28,413 nt of DNA, from IMG/VR virus record IMGVR_UViG_3300037067_011978. One strand, written 5' to 3'. The position numbers were made by a program, and so were the translations under genes. The notes beneath the pieces were generated by a model that saw only the letters and a program-made list of their open reading frames with translations, searched no databases and was not told the origin of the DNA. This document shows, one piece after another, positions 17,136 to 25,220 of the stretch (the first letter of the stretch is position 1; each line of letters begins with the position of its first letter). The DNA is from an uncultured virus (IMG/VR IMGVR_UViG_3300037067_011978) (Duplodnaviria; Heunggongvirae; Uroviricota; Caudoviricetes).

Positions 17136-17306
17136 TTACCTTATCTTATTTCCAGTTGCCGGATCAATTCCTTGTTTCCGTAAGTCTTTTCTGTATTGTT
17201 TGTCAAGTTTTTTATTGCTTCGGATTTGCTTTTTATCTGTTTTACTTAGTCCCTTATTCTTTTTATTCCCGCTACCTTTCTTTCTACCTGATCCTGGTCC
17301 ACCCAT
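17136..17306 (-). CDS. small basic protein, MGG-motif family copy 5 (56 aa, MGGPGSGRKKGSGNKKNKGLSK...GNKIR)
   Basis: Hand-translated; SD AAAGGAG. Confidence 0.85.
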   Translation of the reverse strand: MGGPGSGRKKGSGNKKNKGLSKTDKKQIRSNKKLDKQYRKDLRKQGIDPATGNKIR

Positions 17307-17307
17307 A

Positions 17308-17487
17308 TTATTCTCCTTTCTTCTTTAATTGAAAATGGTCTTTATCCTTAGAACCTTTTTCTACATCAACAATTTGCGAATTACAAATAGTAAAGACAAT
17401 ACTCACTTCACCAAAATCTTTTTTTTCTATTTCATTCTTTACCCAAGATAAATAATTTTCAATGCTTGTTCCAGTTGTGCTTACCAT
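17308..17487 (-). CDS. DUF2292/YezD-like small protein (59 aa)
   Basis: Hand-translated MVSTTGTSIENYLSWVKNEIEKKDFGEVSIVFTICNSQIVDVEKGSKD...; FGEVSI...QIVDVEK resembles the family pattern; TAATG coupling. Confidence 0.6.
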   Translation of the reverse strand: MVSTTGTSIENYLSWVKNEIEKKDFGEVSIVFTICNSQIVDVEKGSKDKDHFQLKKKGE

Positions 17488-17726
17488 TATATTTTCCTTA
17501 TCAATAATTCTTTATTTTCTATTTCACTTATTATAGTAAAATCTTTTACTAAACAATAACTAAATCTAACATTTGAATCTTCTAATATTCTCATTCCAGG
17601 AAAATTATTAATATCACTTTTTATCTTTTCTTTTACTAAATCAAAACTTTCACAATCAAATCCATAAATAGAAGTATTTAATGACACTGTCCCATTCATT
17701 AAACTTTCTTTTAATATAAAGATCAT
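17487..17726 (-). CDS. hypothetical protein (79 aa)
   Basis: ATGA-coupled within the operon. Confidence 0.65.
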   Translation of the reverse strand: MIFILKESLMNGTVSLNTSIYGFDCESFDLVKEKIKSDINNFPGMRILEDSNVRFSYCLVKDFTIISEIENKELLIRKI

Positions 17727-17938
17727 TTCGTATTTTCCTTAATGACTAATTCTTTTAACAATTCCCAATTTTCCCTTACTTCTTTATCTTTATATGTAAC
17801 CTTTGTATCAAGATCACTTTCCTTACTTATAATTATTTGTTTTTCATTTTTAATTATATCTAATTCATTTTTTAAGTTTTTAAATTCTTTTTCTAATTCA
17901 GAAATTTTTGCAATTTGTTTTTCTATTTTATTATTCAT
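17723..17938 (-). CDS. hypothetical coiled-coil protein (71 aa)
   Basis: SD AAGGA; ATGA coupling at both ends. Confidence 0.7.
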   Translation of the reverse strand: MNNKIEKQIAKISELEKEFKNLKNELDIIKNEKQIIISKESDLDTKVTYKDKEVRENWELLKELVIKENTK

Positions 17939-18081
17939 TTCTTTTCCTTATTAAATAATAATTGTAAAAATATCTGAACCTTTTTTAATAATACCCAAAA
18001 TCTATTTATACTTACTTTTACATAAAAACTATCATTTTTTGGATAAATTTTCCCGGCTTTTATATACCAAGGCAACTTCAT
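17935..18081 (-). CDS. hypothetical protein (48 aa, [17 protein letters not shown]...)
   Basis: Hand-translated; fills the gap exactly with ATGA overlaps at both ends. Confidence 0.6.
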   Translation of the reverse strand: MKLPWYIKAGKIYPKNDSFYVKVSINRFWVLLKKVQIFLQLLFNKEKK

Positions 18082-18224
18082 TTATTTTTGCCTTTCTTCT
18101 TTTTACTTTTACCGGCTTTACTCATTGCAATTGCTACAGCTTGTTTTTGTGGCTTCCCAGATTTCATTTCACTTTTTATGTTTTCTGAAATTACTTTTTT
18201 ACTAGTCCCTTTTTTCAATGGCAT
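18078..18224 (-). CDS. small basic phage protein (48 aa, [48 protein letters not shown])
   Basis: Hand-translated; SD AAAGGAG; resembles a recurring small phage protein type (MPLKKG...QAVAIA), recalled rather than searched. Confidence 0.8.
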   Translation of the reverse strand: MPLKKGTSKKVISENIKSEMKSGKPQKQAVAIAMSKAGKSKKKKGKNK

Positions 18225-18480
18225 TATTTTCTCCTTTCTTATTTAATTCTTCTTTTATGTAATAATCTAATTCTCCTAAATCAATAATTCCGAATCTATC
18301 TACTAATATTTTAGCTAACCCTGACCATGTCCAAGTTTCATCATCAAATAAAACATAAAATATTGATCCTATAGTATTAGGCATATTTGATTTTAAAAAC
18401 TCATCTGAATCTGATGTTTGATTCTGATATTTTTCTTTTAACATTATTTTTTTCTTATAAACATTCTTTGTAATAATCAA
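18202..18480 (-). CDS. hypothetical protein (up to 92 aa; start may be the internal MLKEKY)
   Basis: Fills the gap between the lipase and MPLKK genes. Confidence 0.6.
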   Translation of the reverse strand: MIITKNVYKKKIMLKEKYQNQTSDSDEFLKSNMPNTIGSIFYVLFDDETWTWSGLAKILVDRFGIIDLGELDYYIKEELNKKGENNAIEKRD

Positions 18481-19042
18481 TATAATGATATTTAGGCAAA
18501 GCTATAATTTTTCTTTTACCTAATTTCACAATATTCCCTATATGCCTAAATCCAAAAATCCATAATGGTAACTTAGTAATTATATCCCCTTTTGTTTGAT
18601 AATTAAATACATTATTAAATCTATTCTTAAATGTTTTATTAGGTAACCAATATATTCTAGGGCTTCCAAATATATAACAATAAACATTAAAATATGTTTT
18701 CATTAAATCTTCATAATATAAAACAGATAAAGCCGCGCCTTGTGAATAACCAGATATAATTATTTTATCAATCTCATATCCTAAATGCTCAATAATATAA
18801 TGGATATTCTTTTTAACTATTAAATAATTTTCTAAAAATCCTAAATGAACATATTCATTATTATGTTTCTTTATCCAAAATTTAAAATTCTGTATCCAAT
18901 CTCTTTTAGAAACTGTGCCTTGAAAGTAAATATATAAAATCCTTCCTTCCCTTAATACTTTAAATTGTACATCATTTTTATCACTGCTTACCCACGGGCC
19001 TTTGATAGAATCATTAAATAATTGTTTTACATTTTCTTGCAT
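18455..19042 (-). CDS. class 3 lipase-like alpha/beta hydrolase
   Basis: FQGT, VHLGF, GYSQG (GxSxG), FGSPR, DIITKLP, FRHIG and a C-terminal His. Confidence 0.9.
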   Translation of the reverse strand: MQENVKQLFNDSIKGPWVSSDKNDVQFKVLREGRILYIYFQGTVSKRDWIQNFKFWIKKHNNEYVHLGFLENYLIVKKNIHYIIEHLGYEIDKIIISGYSQGAALSVLYYEDLMKTYFNVYCYIFGSPRIYWLPNKTFKNRFNNVFNYQTKGDIITKLPLWIFGFRHIGNIVKLGKRKIIALPKYHYIDYYKECL

Positions 19043-19194
19043 TATCTATCTTCTTTAAAAGCCATTCCTTCACCAGATAATCTTCTTTTTCTTGCTCTAA
19101 TTTTTGTTGCTTGACTACGCCCATCATGTAACATTAATTTCTTTTTCTTGCTGTTACCTGATCCTTTCTTTCTTCCACTTCCTGGTCCACCCAT
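19042..19194 (-). CDS. small basic protein, MGG-motif family copy 4 (50 aa, MGGPGSGRKKGSGNSKKKKLMLHDG...KEDR)
   Basis: Hand-translated; SD TAAGGAG; TAATG coupling to the lipase gene. Confidence 0.85.
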   Translation of the reverse strand: MGGPGSGRKKGSGNSKKKKLMLHDGRSQATKIRARKRRLSGEGMAFKEDR

Positions 19195-19218
19195 AATAAT
19201 CTCCTTATTATACTTCGT

Positions 19219-20202
19219 TTATAGCCAATCCGGATGATATTGCTTTGCGTAATCCAAATAATTTTGATACTTAATAATCCCTTCTTCTCTTGTTCTCATT
19301 AATTGTGGGCTATATCCTTCAATATCCATTCTTTCTGTACATCGTTCGTTGCATCGTTGCGCGGCACTTAGATTAGGATCACCTGGCCATCTTGCATATT
19401 CATTGGTTGATGACAAATAAAATAATCCATCTTTATCTTTCTTTTGCCCATCCATTATTTTATGGTTTGCTAATGAAGTATCTTTATATCTTTTACCTTT
19501 TTTACTAAATCTAACTTGTGGCCTAACCTTATTATCTTTTGCAGTACTCCAAACAATATCGCCAATAATTCCTTTTTCTTTCGCTTGCATATAAACATAA
19601 TCTTGACCAGCATTAATAGCGGATTGGCCTTCCGTTCTAACAGTTAACATGCATCGATTATATGTGGCAGTTACGGCTTTATTTAAATCAGCGGCCATTT
19701 GACTATATGATTTCCCTAATGACAAACCATTTAGTAATGCTGAACGGATAGCTTTTTTTGCGTTTATAGAATAATTCTTTAAAGCCTCTTGAAGTTCTAT
19801 GTTCTTAGGATTAGTTATATCAAAAGCTTGTAATAATTCTTTCGTGTTAACTAATCCCCATGACAATCTCATTCCCGTTGAATTATCAATTGCCCAAGCA
19901 TAATGAAAAAAGCTTTCATTGAATTGTTCAGGTAATAATTTTTTAATGGTTTTAATATTTGCTTTCAATGCAGGATCAAGTTTTTTTAATATTATTTCTT
20001 CCATAGTAGAATATTTATTATATTTAGTCATTTCAGCTTTTGTTAATTTACCATTAATAGAATACTTTTTATATATTTTAGTCATTTCTCCATAGATAGA
20101 AGTTAGAGCATCAAGCAATTGTTTTTGTATTTGTTTAGAATACATTGCCTCGCGCTTGAGTAAATAATTTAATGCTTGTTGTTCTAACTTAGATAATTGC
20201 AT
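19219..20202 (-). CDS. head morphogenesis / minor capsid protein (SPP1 gp7/MuF family)
   Basis: VRTEGQ, WSTAKDNKVR, HKIMDGQ, WPGDPNLSAAQRCNERC motifs. Confidence 0.9.
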   Translation of the reverse strand: MQLSKLEQQALNYLLKREAMYSKQIQKQLLDALTSIYGEMTKIYKKYSINGKLTKAEMTKYNKYSTMEEIILKKLDPALKANIKTIKKLLPEQFNESFFHYAWAIDNSTGMRLSWGLVNTKELLQAFDITNPKNIELQEALKNYSINAKKAIRSALLNGLSLGKSYSQMAADLNKAVTATYNRCMLTVRTEGQSAINAGQDYVYMQAKEKGIIGDIVWSTAKDNKVRPQVRFSKKGKRYKDTSLANHKIMDGQKKDKDGLFYLSSTNEYARWPGDPNLSAAQRCNERCTERMDIEGYSPQLMRTREEGIIKYQNYLDYAKQYHPDWL

Positions 20203-20215
20203 TTAATTACTTCTA

Positions 20216-20374
20216 TTAAGGCATTTGCCTTGGTTTCTTCATCATGGCTTTTGCTCTTTTATAATTTTTACCTACTAATCTAGGATCAGCGCCAGAATTT
20301 GCTGTTCTGCCGGATTTGGCCACTTTGCTTTTCCCGCTTGATCCTTTCTTTCTTCCACTTCCTGGTCCACCCAT
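20216..20374 (-). CDS. small basic protein, MGG-motif family copy 3 (52 aa, MGGPGSGRKKGSSGKSKVAKSG...PRQMP)
   Basis: Hand-translated; SD TAAGGAG. Confidence 0.85.
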   Translation of the reverse strand: MGGPGSGRKKGSSGKSKVAKSGRTANSGADPRLVGKNYKRAKAMMKKPRQMP

Positions 20375-20384
20375 GTTATTCTCC

Positions 20385-20894
20385 TTATAATAGCTTTGCT
20401 TTTGGATTCAATATCTGAATCATACTTTTCATCTTATCACTCTTAATTATAACATCATTTCCTAATTTTATTCTAGCTATATCATAATCGCTAAATCCGC
20501 ATCTAATCAAATCACTAATAAACTCATTGTTTTTCATTTCTAAATTTCTAAATAAATGAATGCTTACAGAATTTTTATCTTTCAATTCAAAATAATCCAA
20601 TTTATTGTTAAACAAATGTATTATTGCGAAAGCATCTTTATTTAATAATATCTTACAATTAACATTCAACAATAAATCAAAAGCGGCAGATGACATTTCC
20701 CAATTACAAACTATTTCAAAACGATTTTCAAACCTATTTATATAATCATAAAGATCATTAGTATCAGTGCAAGTTCCACCGCTAGAAGACATATATAAAA
20801 CAATATTTTCATTAGAATCTATTTTATCAATATCATTTAATAATGTTTTTACAGAAGTATTGTTTATTTCACCTTCAAATTTTATTGCTTTCAT
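20385..20894 (-). CDS. ClpP/S14-like serine protease (169 aa)
   Basis: FEGEIN, LYMSSSGG, MSSAAF (candidate Ser) and IIH (candidate His) follow the ClpP layout. Confidence 0.7.
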   Translation of the reverse strand: MKAIKFEGEINNTSVKTLLNDIDKIDSNENIVLYMSSSGGTCTDTNDLYDYINRFENRFEIVCNWEMSSAAFDLLLNVNCKILLNKDAFAIIHLFNNKLDYFELKDKNSVSIHLFRNLEMKNNEFISDLIRCGFSDYDIARIKLGNDVIIKSDKMKSMIQILNPKAKLL

Positions 20895-22415
20895 TTATTC
20901 CTCATTATTATCTTCTATATTTTCATCTTCATCTTCATCAAAACCTTCATTAAGAGAAGTCCCATCTATGCCTACCATATCATTTCTTTCTTTTTCTTCC
21001 TCGGCCAATTCATCTTCAACATCAGAGACCATATCTTCTGGCATTTGTGAAATAATCATTTTTCTACTAAATCCGGCAGTAGTTAATGTATAAGCCAAAG
21101 TTGCATACATATTTTTATCTAATGGAAGATTTCTTTTATGCATAATATTAATCATCATACTAAAATCAGAATCCCTAGGAATAGCGTTCATTTTAATTAA
21201 ATAATCTGTTATCATTTCTCCACGCCTAATTAATGCTACATCGAAATCAGCTTCATCGCTTGACACTAAGTTTTCAAAATCAAATAATAATCTATCAATA
21301 GCCGCACCACTCAATGCACCAGTAAGCAAAGTAAAATCAGGAACATGAGATTGTAAATGGATTTCTTCTTTTAATTTCCTAGCCATATATTCAATAAATT
21401 GTGTAGGGATATCTTTAGTAAGAAAATGAATATCAGAATCTTTATCTAATCCTTCAAATATTCTCCTTCGCTTTACTTTTTCTAATGCGGCGGCGGCTTT
21501 AACTGGGTCTTTCTTATCAATAGGATTGGTTAATGATATATTTTTCATTATTAAATACGCAAAAGCGAATCTATCAAACTCATTCATACTATCAGACATT
21601 AATACATCATAAGCATCGATAAGACTTAAAACATTTTCAATAATACTTTGCATTTCATCACCACGATAAAAAGCTATTACGGGAACATCATTAAAATAAT
21701 TAGGCATTACTTTGCCATCGGTTTTCAATTTCCATTCATTAACATTGTTATTTGTTTCTTCCCTATAACGGATATATGGAATCATATTATCTTTATAATA
21801 TACTTCAACTTTATATTCATTTTTATTCATGGGATAAAATCTAATAGCTATGATTATTTTAGGTTCAGGATCATAATTATATAAAACTACCATTTGTCTA
21901 GGGTCAACGGTAAAAAACTTAGGAACGGCTTTATTGGTTAATTCTTTCTTATCATATTCAGAATCAATATATAATAGTTCGTAATTAAATCCGAATATTC
22001 CTAGATTTCTTCCTGCTCTATTTGTTTTAATATGTTCATTGTTATATTTATAAATATTCTGTATTTCATTACAAAATTTCTTTTCTACAGGATCAGTTTT
22101 TTCATTACTTAAATCATTTTCTGTATTTTCTATTTCTGTATTAGTCTTTTTTACATTAGGTTTATAAGTAATATATTTAGGACGATATCCATACCCTGTA
22201 TATGTAGTAACTATTTTTCTTCCATAAGACGCTATAACTTTATTATCAGGATTATTATTATCAGGTATTTTCCTTTCAGTTATCTTTACATTCTTACCTT
22301 TATAATATTCCCATAAATCATCTAAATGCTTAACAGTATTTATTTCATAATCAGAAATATATTTTAATATTTCTTCGTTTGTTAGAATCGCTTTATTTGT
22401 CTTTTGTAAAGTCAT
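20895..22415 (-). CDS. portal protein, SPP1 gp6-like
   Basis: LWEYYKGKN, NKVIASYGRKIV, LIDAYDVLMSDSMNEFDRFAFAYL, LSGAAI motifs; acidic tail. Confidence 0.95.
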   Translation of the reverse strand: MTLQKTNKAILTNEEILKYISDYEINTVKHLDDLWEYYKGKNVKITERKIPDNNNPDNKVIASYGRKIVTTYTGYGYRPKYITYKPNVKKTNTEIENTENDLSNEKTDPVEKKFCNEIQNIYKYNNEHIKTNRAGRNLGIFGFNYELLYIDSEYDKKELTNKAVPKFFTVDPRQMVVLYNYDPEPKIIIAIRFYPMNKNEYKVEVYYKDNMIPYIRYREETNNNVNEWKLKTDGKVMPNYFNDVPVIAFYRGDEMQSIIENVLSLIDAYDVLMSDSMNEFDRFAFAYLIMKNISLTNPIDKKDPVKAAAALEKVKRRRIFEGLDKDSDIHFLTKDIPTQFIEYMARKLKEEIHLQSHVPDFTLLTGALSGAAIDRLLFDFENLVSSDEADFDVALIRRGEMITDYLIKMNAIPRDSDFSMMINIMHKRNLPLDKNMYATLAYTLTTAGFSRKMIISQMPEDMVSDVEDELAEEEKERNDMVGIDGTSLNEGFDEDEDENIEDNNEE

Positions 22416-22539
22416 TTAATTTCTCCTCAATTATTCTATTATTTATATAATTTTCTAATACTTCAATTGATTGTTCAAAATCTAAATCATTTCTAATTTC
22501 CATAACTAATTTTATAATATCTTTATGATTATCTATCAT
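22393..22539 (-). CDS. hypothetical protein (48 aa, MIDNHKDIIKLVME...)
   Basis: Hand-translated; TAATG coupling to the upstream gene. Confidence 0.55.
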   Translation of the reverse strand: MIDNHKDIIKLVMEIRNDLDFEQSIEVLENYINNRIIEEKLNDFTKDK

Positions 22540-22874
22540 TAAACTATTTTATTATTCAATTGTTTAATGTTAACCATATCAGCACAATATTTTTCAAATG
22601 TAGCGCCTTTTGATTTTTCCCAATCATCTAACATATAAATATATTTGCATTCCATTAAATATTTTATATCTTCTTTTAAATAAGCATCATATTTTTCTTC
22701 TTCATTCATATTATCCCAATTGTCATATGCAAATGATATATTATTACCAATATCAACAGGACTAATAGGATGATACCCTATAGAATAAAGATATTGGAAA
22801 GCATTTTCAAAAGATTCTTTATTAAGATTAATATAACCTTTCATTGGCCCTGAAATATAAACCTTTTCTTTCAT
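22539..22874 (-). CDS. DUF4406-like (nucleoside deoxyribosyltransferase-fold) protein
   Basis: VYISGPM...IYMLDDWEKSKGATFE motif. Confidence 0.85.
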   Translation of the reverse strand: MKEKVYISGPMKGYINLNKESFENAFQYLYSIGYHPISPVDIGNNISFAYDNWDNMNEEEKYDAYLKEDIKYLMECKYIYMLDDWEKSKGATFEKYCADMVNIKQLNNKIV

Positions 22875-22880
22875 TGATAC

Positions 22881-23036
22881 TTACTCCTTTATAATTGGAT
22901 CATCATAAAAGTGGCCTTCTAAAAATCTTTTTAAAGTAATATATATTCTATGAAACAACCTATAACCACTTGCACCTTTCCAACATCTATATAAATATTT
23001 CAATTCATTTACTTTTTCATCATAATAATATCTCAT
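22881..23036 (-). CDS. hypothetical protein (51 aa from MRYYYD)
   Basis: The ATG right after the MGG copy 2 stop is more plausible than the track start at 23081. Confidence 0.55.
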   Translation of the reverse strand: MRYYYDEKVNELKYLYRCWKGASGYRLFHRIYITLKRFLEGHFYDDPIIKE

Positions 23037-23037
23037 A

Positions 23038-23202
23038 TTATTTTTTCTTAGGTTTATATCCAGGCGTTCCAAATTTATCATGGTCTATTTTGTGAGTTTT
23101 TAAATATTCTTTATCAAGTTTTGCACTTTTTTGTTTTGCGGAGAGTGGTTTACCTTTTTTAGAAACTGATCCTTTCTTCCTGCCGCTTCCTGGTCCACCC
23201 AT
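23038..23202 (-). CDS. small basic protein, MGG-motif family copy 2 (54 aa, MGGPGSGRKKGSVSKKGKPLS...KPKKK)
   Basis: SD AAAGGAG before ATG 23202; the track start at 23241 overlaps terL and is less plausible. Confidence 0.85.
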   Translation of the reverse strand: MGGPGSGRKKGSVSKKGKPLSAKQKSAKLDKEYLKTHKIDHDKFGTPGYKPKKK

Positions 23203-23213
23203 AATTTGCTCCT

Positions 23214-24500
23214 TTATAATCCCAAATCTGATAATGTCCAATCATTAGTTTCACATACCTTATTTTGATTTGACCAAATATATTCAGAACCATATCTAAG
23301 TGCCGCAATTCCGTCATCATTAATTTCTACAAAATCTTCCGTTACTGTTCCATCTTTATCTTCTTTACGTTTGAATGATGCTATTTCACTTGCTAACTCT
23401 GGACATTTATTCCCATCAATATACATTTTTATTCCTACTAAATATTCAACTCCAAACCGTAATGATCCATCTCCTTTTTTTGCCGCTTCTACTTTATAAC
23501 CTTTATCTTTCCATTCTTTTATTTTATCAGGATTAGCAGAATCAGCAGTCATATGCATTTCATATAATTTATCACCAAAATAGTTTTCTGCATCTTCTAT
23601 AAATTGTGCATTAGTTCTATTCTTTTCATGCAATTCATCAAATACATATAAAGCAATTTCTTTTTCATTCTTATAATCTTGCTGAAATCCCGCTCGCTCT
23701 ATTGCTTGAGCGTGAACGAATCCAAAGTCTAATCCTTGAAATACATTTTCTAAATTATCTTCTGTATATGGGAAGTTTTCATTTATAATTTCATAGTTAC
23801 TAAATACAACATTGCCATAAATACCCCAATTACCTAACACATAAACATCATAGAAATATTTATCCGTAATATTCTCTAATCGTTTAATAGTATCTTCGTC
23901 TAAATGTTCGTTATTCTTATATGTAGAATGATGCGTTATGCAATCAGCTTCTTTCCTGTCAAAAAATCGTTTCTTTATCCAATGCTTAATAGAAATAGGG
24001 TTTAATGTTAGAGTAATTGTTTTCTTGTGTAATGTCTCACCACGAAGACGTAAATCTAATTGATTGAAATCTGATTCTGATATTTCTGAAGCTTCCTCAA
24101 CCCATATATCTGTAATGCCATGAATTGATTTTAGCTTTTCTACATCATCAAGGCCAGTAAATATAATTGAATTATCATTTGCCAAACACGTAATCAATAA
24201 TTCAGAGCTATTATATTTGAAAAGCTCCCGCATATTAGAATCATTAATAATAGAAACCATTAAATCAAATACAGAGTGCCTAAGTGTTTTAGCAACTTTT
24301 CTAACAACTAATATCTTATGGCCTTTTTCTCTAATGCAACGATAAATATATTTTTGGCCAGTAGAATAAGATTTTGAAGATGAAGCTCCACCTACAAGAA
24401 CTTGAATACGGCTTTTATCTTTGAATAAAGGTATAAAATGTTTATTTATCTTTTTACCAAAGCCGCGAAGATCAATTGTAGGTGAAGCTATATCAGACAT
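23214..24500 (-). CDS. terL: terminase large subunit, PBSX family
   Basis: GGASSSKS Walker A, WVEEA Walker B, GLDDVEKLKSI, LNP, GLDFG nuclease motif, DDGIAALRY. Confidence 0.95.
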   Translation of the reverse strand: MSDIASPTIDLRGFGKKINKHFIPLFKDKSRIQVLVGGASSSKSYSTGQKYIYRCIREKGHKILVVRKVAKTLRHSVFDLMVSIINDSNMRELFKYNSSELLITCLANDNSIIFTGLDDVEKLKSIHGITDIWVEEASEISESDFNQLDLRLRGETLHKKTITLTLNPISIKHWIKKRFFDRKEADCITHHSTYKNNEHLDEDTIKRLENITDKYFYDVYVLGNWGIYGNVVFSNYEIINENFPYTEDNLENVFQGLDFGFVHAQAIERAGFQQDYKNEKEIALYVFDELHEKNRTNAQFIEDAENYFGDKLYEMHMTADSANPDKIKEWKDKGYKVEAAKKGDGSLRFGVEYLVGIKMYIDGNKCPELASEIASFKRKEDKDGTVTEDFVEINDDGIAALRYGSEYIWSNQNKVCETNDWTLSDLGL

Positions 24501-24710
24501 TTATTTCTTCTCACGTCTTCCTTGAACTATATCGCCCTTTTTATTTGTATACATATAACTTTCATATTGCTTTCTATTTTTATTTATCCTTCCCGTGCTA
24601 CTATGCGTTTTAATATAAGTTCCCACACCTTCTTTTTTACTTTTATATTTTCTTAATTTTGGGGAAGAAATCGAAGACCCCTTCTTTCGTCCTGATCCTG
24701 GTCCGCCCAT
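24501..24710 (-). CDS. small basic protein, MGG-motif family copy 1 (69 aa), between terS and terL
   Basis: In the ORF track; SD AAGGAG; abuts the terL start. Confidence 0.85.
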   Translation of the reverse strand: MGGPGSGRKKGSSISSPKLRKYKSKKEGVGTYIKTHSSTGRINKNRKQYESYMYTNKKGDIVQGRREKK

Positions 24711-24713
24711 AGT

Positions 24714-25220
24714 TTACTCCTTATCCTCTAGTATTTCATCAGGAATAACTTTGTATTCCATTTTGCCAGTATGCTCTAAATCAACTTTATCTCTCCATTC
24801 TTTAGGTAATCTATTTTTAGTCCAATATATTTGTGCAGTAACATTAGCTGGAATTCTTTCTTTTACTTCTACCATTTCAATATGACTCCCAACCTGAGAA
24901 CCATCAGAAACTACTATTGGTTTTTTAGTTACATATTCTCCGCCAAGAGCATTTTCAAACAAAGCTTTTACCACTTGTTTATCTGGATTCTCCTTCCCAG
25001 CTTTTAGAGCTTTAAGGAATTCTGGATGATCCTTTTTCCATTTATTAAAAGTTGCTACAGAAATATGTATTAATCTTTGTATTTCAGATTCAATATATCC
25101 TTCATTTGCTAATTCTTTTACAATTTCAATATAAACAGGGTTCCATTTTTCTCCAGAATTTTTTGGTCTCCCTTTACCTCTTTTAATTGATTTTTCTAAA
25201 GTTTGACTATTTTTTTTCAT
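24714..25220 (-). CDS. terS: terminase small subunit
   Basis: HTH region (ISVATFNKWKKDHPEF) and AQIYWTKNR...WRDK motif; ATG 25220 preceded by GAGG. Confidence 0.85.
   Translation of the reverse strand: MKKNSQTLEKSIKRGKGRPKNSGEKWNPVYIEIVKELANEGYIESEIQRLIHISVATFNKWKKDHPEFLKALKAGKENPDKQVVKALFENALGGEYVTKKPIVVSDGSQVGSHIEMVEVKERIPANVTAQIYWTKNRLPKEWRDKVDLEHTGKMEYKVIPDEILEDKE

Noticed and set aside
24365..24395. Walker A GGASSSKS as a sign of an inactive terminase
   Set aside because: SSK(S/T) variants are, to my knowledge, found in PBSX-type terminases, and the other motifs are intact.
12318..24710. MGG repeats as a CRISPR array or non-coding DNA repeat
   Set aside because: Spacing is irregular and kb-scale, variation is synonymous, and every copy sits at an SD plus ATG, so they are coding.
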